The position numbers were made by a program, and so were the translations under genes. Source: Eledone cirrhosa (taxonomy: Eukaryota). Taken from it: 64,000 nt of DNA. Below, one piece after another: positions 15,524 to 25,973 of the stretch. Below the pieces are notes generated by a model, which searched no databases, was not told the DNA's origin, and was given only the letters and a program-made list of their open reading frames with translations. Each line of letters starts with the position of its first letter. The stretch's first letter is position 1. The stretch lies in the NCBI GenBank assembly GCA_964016885.1, contig OZ024750.1, positions 14,260,001 to 14,324,000 of the forward strand, in the 5' to 3' direction.

Positions 15524-18500
15524 ATGGAACTTGAAGATACAGTCCTGGAGGAGATTTATGGTTGGGTTGACCAACATCGTCTCTCGAAACCAAAGAGGAA
15601 TATTGCCAGAGATTTTTGTGATGGCGGTAATTAATTATTTTTAATGACATCATTAATAATTATGTTTTATTTTAAATACATTTATAATATCGTAATGGCA
15701 AAAAGATAGAAAAAAAAAGACTCCCTTGTTTTCCTTTCTTTTTTTCGGTTATTTTATTTACTAACATCTTTTCAGTTTGTAATCAAACGATGTAAAAATA
15801 ATAAAATAAATTAGAAACAAAGACTACTACAGAGAAATAAGATATTCTAGAACTTATTTGGCATTCAATACATTCGGGAGTGAGAGCGCTAACGAACAAA
15901 GTTTTCTATCGTCGCTACTCGTGAGGGTGCTTGCTTATTCCAGCACCTCAGCCTCGCCATCACCCAGGGTAATGCCGTTAGTGTTTTTCTGTAATTGTTG
16001 CAGTGCGCACGTCTTCTTTCTTTCTGATTCATCTTGAAAATAATTATTTTTGTAAGTTTTTCTAAGTTATCTTTTTATATTATTTATCTCAATAAATTTA
16101 CAGGGTGGGCTGGGTGTATTTTATTATGTGACCAGTACTACCACTTTACAGGGTGGGCTGGGTGTATTTTATTGTGGGACCAGTACTACCACTTTACAGG
16201 GTGGGCTGGGTGTATTTTATTGTGGGACCAGTACTACCACTTTACAGGGTGGGCTGGGTGTATTTTATTGTGTGACCAGTACTACCACTTTACAGGGTGG
16301 GCTGGGTGTATTTTATTGTGTGACCAGTACTACCACTTTACAGGGTGGGCTGGGTGTATTTTATTGTGTGACCAGTACTACCACCTTACAGGGTGGGCTG
16401 GGTGTATTTTATTGTGGGACTAGTACTACCACTTTACAGGGTGGGCTGGGTGTATTTTATTGTGGGACTAGTACTACCACTTTACAGGGTGGGCTGGGTG
16501 TATTTTATTGTGGGACTAGTACTACCACTTTACAGGGTGGTCTGGGTGTATTTTATTGTGTGACCAGTACTACCACTTTACAGGGTGGGCTGGGTGTATT
16601 TTATTGTGTGACCAGTACTACCACTTTACAGGGTGGGCTGGGTGTATTTTATTGTGTGACCAGTACTACCACTTTACAGGGTGGGCTGGGTGTATTTTAT
16701 TGTGGGACTAGTTCTATCACAATAATATACACGCAGCCCAGTCAGTAAAGTGGTAGTGCTTGTGCCATGCTAAAATGCATTCAGTACACACTGTACAGTT
16801 CTTGGTGTTAGCAAGGGCATCCAGCTGTAGAAACCATGAGTGTGATGCAGTCTTCTGAGTTGTCAAGCTGCAGAACATGACAACCCATCTAACTCATACA
16901 AGCATGGATAATAGATGTAAAACTGATGTTATTACAACCACTTCCAATAATGTTGAGGACAAGTGTAAAAATAGGTACCTTGTGGTTACTACCACCACTT
17001 CCCATGATATTGAGGACACTTGCAAAAACAAGTACCTTGTCATTGTTACTACCACTACCACTGTCATTGAGGACAAGTGTAAAAATAGGTACCTTGTTGT
17101 TATTACCACCACTTCCCATGAATTGAGGACACTTGTAAAAATAATGTGAGTCAGTCTGTGTAAACAAAACTGTTTTCATAAATCAATTTTAACATGTAAT
17201 CTATTAGATACAGCTCTTCCTGTAAGTTGTCAGTCAAAGCTAACTTTAGTAGTTATTGATTTCTTGTCATTATCATCATCACTGTTTAAAGTCCATTTTT
17301 CCATGCTAGCATGGGTTACAGGAGTTGTCATGTTGCGAGATAAGCCAGGTGACCATAAGTTAGGTGACCATGTCTTGCTCATACAGAACTGATTTTGGCT
17401 TGGTTTCCATAGCTGGATGTACTTGTTGTATATAGCCATTTCTTTCTTTAAAACTAGTTCTATGTATATATGTTTGGGTTTGATAGATGTTCCACAATTG
17501 AAACTTATATATTACAACTGGATACCATCCAAATGTTACCCACCAAATTATGAAATGAGACTGTTATCTGATTTTTGTTAGTAATGTGTCAGAGTTGTTA
17601 GAATGGTTTGTGGTATTTGTTTCAGCTTTCTGCTGCTCTGAGTTTAAATCCAATTGAGGTCAACATTGCCTTTCCTCCTTTCAAGGTCAATAAAAAAAAT
17701 ACCAGTTTGGTACTGGTGTTGATTCTTCCTCTACATCTCTTTCTCACTTCCATTCTCTCTCACTCTCTCTCTCTCATCTTCTCTGGAAGATAAATTTATT
17801 TTCTGTTGACAAGAAAAAAAAAATAATTGGAAAAAGCAAAACAAAAAGGGGATTAATTCTAAGTGTCAGATTTTTTTAGAATGTTATCCAGTAAAAATTT
17901 CTCTGTCTCATCTCCTTAACCCTTTAGCATTTACATTACTCTATATTTAGTATTGTATTTTCACAGTAAGCACTTTACCTCATGTAATTATCTCCCATAA
18001 TATTGAATCTATGAGCTTTTTATATTATTTTTTTTTGAGAACAATACCCAAGATCCATATGAGCAGCTGGTTACAGTCGGTTTGAACAGAAAGAGGTGAG
18101 AGAATTCTGGCCAGAGATGGCCGGTTTAAATGCTAAAGGGTTAATGCTATGCATTATGAGTCAATGCTTCTGGGAACCAGAAAACAAAAAAAAACATCTT
18201 TTTTATTGATATTCTAAAATGTTTTTTTCTTTTTTTAGTACTAATTGCTGAAATTATCCACCACCATCAACCAAAATTAGTGGAACTTCACAATTATACT
18301 CCAGTCAATGCGACCAAACAGAAAATGGAAAATCTCTACCTTTTGAATAGGTAAGTAATTTAAAATATATATATAATTCCTTTTGTCCCATAAGTCCTGG
18401 TAGAGTCGTAAGGGCGCCGTATTGACATACAGCATTTCTTGGGCATTTTAAGCCTGGCAAAGCCCATCCCTCTCCAGGCCAGAGTACAGCAGAGAAGCCC

Positions 18501-21500
18501 ATTCCTCTCCAGGCCAGAGTACAGCAGAGAAGCCCATCCCTTTCCAGGCCAGAGTACAGCAGAGAAGCCCATTCCTCTCCAGGCCAGAGTACAGCAGAGA
18601 AGCCCATCCCTTTCCAGGCCAGAGTACAGCAGAGAAGCCCATCCCTTTCCAGGCCAGAGTACAGCAGAGAAGCCCATCCCTCTCCAGGCCAGAGTACAGC
18701 AGAGAAGCCCATCCCTCTCCAGGCCAGAGTACAGCAGATTTCTTCCAGAGAAAGATAGAAAATGAGAGAATGGAAGTGAGAAAGAGATGTAGAGGAAGAA
18801 TCAACACCAGTACTAAACTGGTACTTTTTTTATTGATCTTGAAAGGCAAAGTTAATAAAAAATAATTAAAAAAATGGAATTTATAATGAATGTTAGAAAT
18901 ATTTCATTAGGTTAATGATAAAGTTGTTTATGTATAATTACTGTTTCCACAGCATATTTATGTTTGAGTTAGATTTCTTGATAATATTTTAAATATTTAA
19001 CCTGTAGTTTTTAAAGATTTTAGAAAGAAAATGTTTATTTCTTAATATAAAAATAATTCGAAAGTATTGTTTTCAATTTATATTTCATTTTGTTGCTGTT
19101 ATAACAGGCGAGTTTTTTCCAAGATGAAATTTGAACTTTCAGATGAAGTCATTCGTGCTGTTGCATACTGCAAACCATTTGCTATTGAAAAAGTTTTACT
19201 CTTTTTGCGTAAACGATTAGAAGCTTTAAATAATAAGGAATGGAATAACGCTGGCTACTTGAAAGTAAATCTGGATCAGAAAGAAGTTCCAATACCAGAC
19301 TACCCAGAACAGGAATTTCAAAACCAATTGGAACTAAATTGTGACCAACCTGAAGCTGACCAAACTACATGTGAGTTGGTCAAAAATATTTTTTTAAATT
19401 CATCAAAATTTATTCATTGAAATCTATTTCTATTTAAAGAGCCTCGACGCAGCTGGTTTCCTGTCACAATTGAAGCTGGCTGGTTTCGACTGTGGTGATG
19501 GCATGTACCCCCACAGATTAACCCTCTTCCCTTTCAAGGGAGTTAAATGCCTAGTTTGTGTGGATGTGTGACAGCTCACACTTATGCAGATTTAGCTGTC
19601 CTCCTCCAAGGTATATCTCGTTGGAGGTGTCTTGAGTGATTTAATGATAGGGACCCCAGTCCTATCATCTCATTTCTACAGCTGAGTAAACTGGAGCAAC
19701 GTGAAATAAAGTGTCTTGCTCAAGGAAACAACACATCACCCGGTCCAAGAATTGAACTTACAATCTTTCGATTGCAAGCCCAATGCTCTAACCACCAAGC
19801 CAAGTGCCTAGTTTTGCCTAGTTTGGGACGTGACGAGCTGCGACTCATTTTCCAACTCCAACCTTGTTGAGTAGAGGAAGATAGTTAGATACTGGGGCCT
19901 TACTGACCACTTCCTCTTTTGACCAGTCTCTGTTGAGATCTCTGGTTTCCTTGGTCCCCATACTGCTGATTTCTTCCATAAAGACGGCAGCCTATTTGAC
20001 GAGGGAACCCTGTGAGGTTGGTCAGCTGTTGCAGTGGATATCTCTGGCCATTCTCTGCAGTAATGCCATTGCCATTTTGTTTGCAGCACCGCTCAGTTTG
20101 GGGTGTAGTGTCCATTGCTCATTCCAACCTCTCCCTTTCTTTCATTGCTTGATCCTTTTTCTTTTTTCTTTTTTCTTTTTCTTTTTTCTTCTTTTCATTC
20201 CCTTTAACAGTGTGTTTTGTTTTTGTATAAACAGCCTTGTAAAATAACATTTTTTGTAAATTAAGTTTTAAAATTTAGTATCATTAGTTATTGTTGAAAG
20301 CTGCTTATTCCTTATTACCATCTGTTTAAGACTTACTCTTGCAGATTCTTAAATTGAATGCAAAAGGAGAAAATGATTTGTAATCTTTAATAAGTTGTTT
20401 TGTTACCATTGAAAGTTGACTTTATGTAGAGTATCAAAGATAAGGCAACTTGGCAGAACCATCCCTCTGTAGGTTATATGATTCAAGGTTAGAAATTTTA
20501 TAAAGTATATGAATAAATAGAGTGGAGTGGCTAAACTGAAGTTAAAATACTTGCAGGTTTATTTACCAGGACCTTATTGCCAACATTAATAAGTTCATTA
20601 CTTTCACAGTTGAGGCTTGTTTGGTAATAACAGGGTTAATTCTAAATCTGGCCTTCACTTAAGCTATCAATCTATACTATTAATTGATGAATTTCTATAC
20701 ACAAAATGTTCTTCCTTAGTGAACCTGAAATTTAAATAATCACTTTGATTAAATTGGTCTAACCATTTTTAACAAATGTTTGTGTTCTCATTAATCTTAT
20801 ATATACAGGTGAAGCATATAGTATAAATAAAAAGACAATGAACAGGTGAGTGCCTATACAGTGTTTAATTATTTCCTTTTAAAATTTTATAAGAGTTATT
20901 TCCTTTGTATTAGATCCAGGCCAACGAAGGCAAACTGTCCAAGTATTGGTTGCTCTCTGATAGGTTTGTGGTCAAGCTTGTGGCAGTGGAGACTGCATTA
21001 ACTCTCCAGACCACATCCCTACTCACTGCTATTGGAGTGGAGTTGGCTGCCCGCAAGTGCAAACCCAGCAAGGTGAAGTGACTGTTCAAGCGTGTCTCCC
21101 TCACTGTCCTTTAGGGCAATGTCTTTTCCATCCTGTTGGCCAGGACAGCAAGGTGGTCTGACCTTTAAGTTTCATTTATGGTGGTGGCTGTGGATTAGAT
21201 TTACTTCCATAAACAAAAATAAATATATTATTGGGATCATTTTCTCATTCTGAGCTTCTTAAATTCTTTTTTGGTAAGAAGGGTTTTCCTATAAATTATT
21301 GAGTTCATATTTCACATCTATCAATACTGATATTTATGTAAATAGGTAGTAACATGTGCTTATGCCGTATTTGACTAAATAAAATTAGTCTGTTAGTTGG
21401 GATTTTAAAAAACCCTCTGAATGGAAAGAAGGATGAGTATTGACGTATTTTATTGAAGCACATGTTACTGTCTATTTTCAAATCCGCTAGCTGTTTGTAA

Positions 21501-24009
21501 ACAAAGCCTGCTTTATGTCTCCCTATTTATATACTGATATTTATGTATCAGATCTGATTCTGGCTATGTTTCTATGGCTGGATGCCCTTCCTAATGTGGT
21601 TGATGTTAGGAAGGGCATCCAGCCATAGAAACCAAGCCAGAATCATTTCTGTATAAGAACAACATGATCATCTTATCTGGCTTGTCTCACCCATGCTAGC
21701 ATGGAAAATGGACATTAAACAGTGATAATGATGATGACTCAGCTTTTCTTAAATATTTTACTTATATAAAAGAATGAGGTTACAAACTGAACATGTTTTT
21801 GATATCAATTTTACTGGCATATCATTTTTGTTTTTATATGAATATATAGTCAAACCAACCAGAAACCTTTTCCTATGAGGAATAAAGCCGTTAGTATTTC
21901 ACAACTGGAAGAAAAACAAAAAGAATCTCTGGCCAAAGATGAAACTATTAAGGTTTGGATTTTGTATTCCTTATAACATTTTATGTTGTGTGTCTGGTTT
22001 AGAATAGATACACCATATCTCTGAATGTCGTTAAAGGCAACTAAAAGAGTTGGTGCAAGGGAGAGCTTATCTCTCACACTATCACTTCAGGAATAGGACA
22101 ACTTGTCTCCACTGGGGCAGGTGAGCTACGTTTGAATAGGACAACTTGTCTCCACTGGGGTAGGTGAGCTACATTTGAATAGGACAACTTGTCTCCACTG
22201 GGGTAGGTGAGCTATGTTTGAATAGGACAACTTGTCTCCACTGAGGTAGGTGAGCTATGTTTGAATAGGACAACTTGTCTCCACTGAGGTAGGTGAGCTA
22301 TGTTTGAATAGGACAACTTGTCTCCACTGAGGTAGGTGAGCTATGTTTGAATAGGACAACTTGTCTCCACTGAGGCAGGTGAGCTACATTTGAATAGGAC
22401 AACTTGTCTCCACTGAGGTAGGTGAGCTATGTTTGAATAGGACAACTTGTCTCCACTGGGGTAGGTGAGCTATGTTTGAATAGGACAACTTGTCTCCACT
22501 GGGGTAGGTGAGCTATGTTTGAATAGGACAACTTGTCTCCACTGAGGCAGGTGAGCTATGTTTGAATAGGACAACTTGTCTCCACTGAGGCAGGTGAGCT
22601 ATGTTTGAATAGGACAACTTGTCTCCACTGAGGCAGGTGAGCTACATTTGAATAGGACAACTTGTCTCCACTGGGGTAGGTGAGCTACGTTTGAATAGGA
22701 CAACTTGTCTCCACTGGGGTAGGTGAGCTATGTTTGAATAGGACAACTTGTCTCCACTGAGGTAGGTGAGCTATGTTTGAATAGGACAACTTGTCTCCAC
22801 TGAGGTAGGTGAGCTACGTTTGAATAGGACAACTTGTCTCCACTGAGGTAGGTGAGCTATGTTTGAATAGGACAACTTGTCTCCACTGAGGTAGGTGAGC
22901 TACATTTGAATAGGACAACTTGTCTCCACTGGGGTAGGTGAGCTACGTTTGAATAGGACAACTTGTCTCCACTGGGGTAGGTGAGCTACGTTTGAATAGG
23001 ACAACTTGTCTCCACTGGGGTAGGTGAGCTACATTTGAATAGGACAACTTGTCTCCACTGAGGTAGGTGAGCTACATTTGAATAGGACAACTTGTCTCCA
23101 CTGAGGTAGGTGAGCTACATTTGAATAGGACAACTTGTCTCCACTGAGGTAGGTGAGCTACATTTGAATAGGACAACTTGTCTCCACTGAGGTAGGTGAG
23201 CTACATTTGAATAGGACAACTTGTCTCCACTGAGGTAGGTGAGCTACATTTGAATAGGACAACTTGTCTCCACTGAGGTAGGTGAGCTACATTTGAATAG
23301 GACAACTTGTCTCCACTGAGGTAGGTGAGCTATGTTTGAATAGGACAACTTGTCTCCACTGAGGTAGGTGAGCTACATTTGAATAGGACAACTTGTCTCC
23401 ACTGAGGTAGGTGAGCTACATTTGAATAGGACAACTTGTCTCCACTGAGGTAGGTGAGCTACATTTGAATAGGACAACTTGTCTCCACTGGGGTAGGTGA
23501 GCTACGTTTGAATAGGACAACTTGTCTCCACTGAGGCAGGTGAGCTACGTTTTCCCTCCTTGTACCACATTATTTTAAACAAAACTCCACAAAAGGCTTA
23601 CATATCAAATTATGTTGAAAGATTTTAGATTAAATAAGAACCCCTTAAAATAAGTGGCTTTGAACAAGGGACGGGTTAGTATCAAAAGGTTTAATGAGGG
23701 TTTCATTTGTTTACAGTGTTGAAATTAATTTTTTCCATGAGCAAAATAATTTCATTAATTAACTTAGAATAATTACATGTAAGACTCCTATAATCTATAT
23801 TTTTATGATATAATGTATAAAGACATTTACACTGTGTTGAATGTACTAGATTAAATATTGTCTTAAATGAACAGATTTCAACTTAGCATCAACTGTTTGT
23901 TTTTGTAATTTTACAGATACTACAGGAAAAAATTCAACGTTTGGAATATCTAAATCATTTGAAAGACTTGAAAATTAATGATCTTCGGAAACGCCTTCCT
24001 GAAATCTGA
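15524..24009 (+). CDS. SPEF1: Sperm flagellar protein 1 (CH domain plus C-terminal coiled coil), 236 aa, exons 15524-15626, 18239-18350, 19108-19370, 20809-20845, 21850-21952, 23917-24009
   Basis: MELEDTVLEEIYGWVDQHRLSKPKRNIARDFCDG-VLIAEIIHHHQPKLVELHNYTPVNATKQKMENLYLLNR-RVFSKMKFELSDEVIRAVAYCKPFAIEKVLLFLRKRLE...LEEKQKESLAKDETIK-ILQEKIQRLEYLNHLKDLKINDLRKRLPEI*. Phases are consistent and the CDS totals 711 nt. Confidence 0.93.
16097..16712. repeat. 48-bp minisatellite, ~13 copies, in SPEF1 intron 1
   Basis: Unit tttacagggtgggctgggtgtattttattgtgtgaccagtactaccac; period 48. Confidence 0.95.
17920..18140. mobile_element. piggyBac-type MITE, copy 2
   Basis: Perfect 14-bp TIR CCCTTTAGCATTTA with TTAA on both sides (17916-17919, 18141-18144). 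Confidence 0.85.
18460..18737. repeat. 35-bp minisatellite, ~8 copies
   Basis: Unit agcccatccctctccaggccagagtacagcagaga. Confidence 0.95.
22091..23552. repeat. 43-bp minisatellite, ~34 copies, in SPEF1 intron 5
   Basis: Unit gaataggacaacttgtctccactgaggtaggtgagctacattt with point variants. Confidence 0.95.
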
Positions 24010-25973
24010 ATAAGTCTACTGAAGTAAAACTACCGATAGTATCACAATGATTTGTTTTACATCAAAAAACTACTACTACTATCTAACAGAACAAAACAAA
24101 GCATAACCATTAAACCAATATTTTAGTTTGAAATTACTTATTCTTTAACAAAGGTATAACAATACTTTGTTAAATTAATTTACTATTATCAAATATCTTG
24201 TTGAATTTCCTCACTATGTCATCTTTTATATCAATTTAAAATTTTATGTTTGAGTTTAAAATAATTATGTATTCTAAGTAATTTAAAAAAAATTTTTTTA
24301 AATCACAAATTGGGAATGATATAAATAATACAAATATAAGTTATATTAAAATAATGTTTACTGTATACATTAACATATAAGAGGATGTTTGAAGCAATAA
24401 AATATTTCAAACACAAGGGCTCATCTTATATGCCTAATATAAAATCATAACATTTGAATTTAGTGATGAAAAATTATTATCACATGGTATTATCACGTGG
24501 CTTTTCCTGTAATGTATTGTATGGGGTAATAAGTTATAGCACATGTATGTGGTTTACTGAAACCTTATTGGTGTGATCAAATGAATTGTAAAATATGGAT
24601 GTGAGGACTTCTATAAAAATAATAAACAAGTTCACTGATTATCTTGTACCAGAAGACACAAATATTTGGTGGTTGTGCCTAAACTTATAAAAGCTTTTTG
24701 TGTATTGTGAAATGTTTTTATTATCTTATACAGTAAATATTGCAAAAAATAAATATTCTAAAAGAAATATTTGGAATTACTTTGTGTTCTTAAAAACTAT
24801 TGCTTTGTCAAATGAGTCCTGATTGTGGAAAGAATTGCTGGACAGATTTTACGGACACAACCAACCGGCAAGAGACCCAGGGGTAGACCCTGAGCAAGAT
24901 GGTTGGATAACATCCATGAGCTTGGCTGGTCATGCTTGGGGATCCAGCCAGATCAGTTGGAGATGGTTGCTTCTGACAGGACCTGCTGGAAGGAGTGTTT
25001 GAGGACTCTTCCCCCACAACCCTCTCAGAAATAAGTGGGCAAAGAAGAAGAGTCCTGATTGGCATCTTAGACTGGCATGGCTGATGAAGTTCATGTTGAG
25101 AAAAAACACCCCTAACTTGATGTCTGCTGGAAAAGGTGTAGGTAGAGTGGATATAAGAGATGATAGGAGAGGATTAGGTGAAGGGATTAATGCAAGGTTT
25201 GGAGAATGTGTGGAGGAGAGGAAAATACATTAAGTAGGCTTGGATGGAGATGATATGTAGCTTAGTACATCAGAAGAACATGTCTTAGACGAGTTATAAT
25301 GTGAGGCTAGACAGGCCAGGTGACCATGTCTTGCTCATATATTCTGTTTGGGATGGTTGGATGCTCTTTCTAATGCCAACCAGATTACAGCATGTTCTAG
25401 GAGCTTTTTTCATGGCAGCATCACTAGCTACCTTACAGAGGTAGAACAACAACAACATCAACAGCCTCATTGTAAAATTGATATTTGTAGGAACAGGATA
25501 ACTTAGTGGATACTGTTTAGGATTAACAGTTTATGGATATTCTGTGATAATCCACTGTGGGTGTTTTGGTGTGTTTAGTCATGCCACAGTTTATTCGGAG
25601 AAGAGTAATAGGTATTAAAAAAAAAGTCTAAAGTCTAAAGAGTGTCTCAAGTCTGGAGGCTTATCAGGCCAGTTTCAGTGGCGTTAAGTGACTGAGTGTA
25701 CAAAAATTCCCCACTGGACATAATGCCAGTTCATCACAGGGTTAAACCCCCCAGCTATTACCAGTACTCATTTTCAGCTGAGCATACTTAAATTTCTTTA
25801 CCTGGAAGCGCCTCTTTAGTTGATTTCATATAAATAATTTGAAATTATTTACAAACTTTCTTGTTAGTAATCAATTAAAAGATTTCATGAAGTCAAGATG
25901 CCATTTGATTTATTTCAATTCTTTTATTTAAAAGAACACATGTATTTGAAGTTTAAGTTTTACTGGAAAATTG

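Noticed and set aside
22091-23552. CRISPR-like appearance of the 43-bp, 48-bp, 60-bp and 80-bp arrays
   Set aside because: The units are contiguous with no unique spacers, there are no cas genes, and the context is eukaryotic intronic or intergenic DNA.
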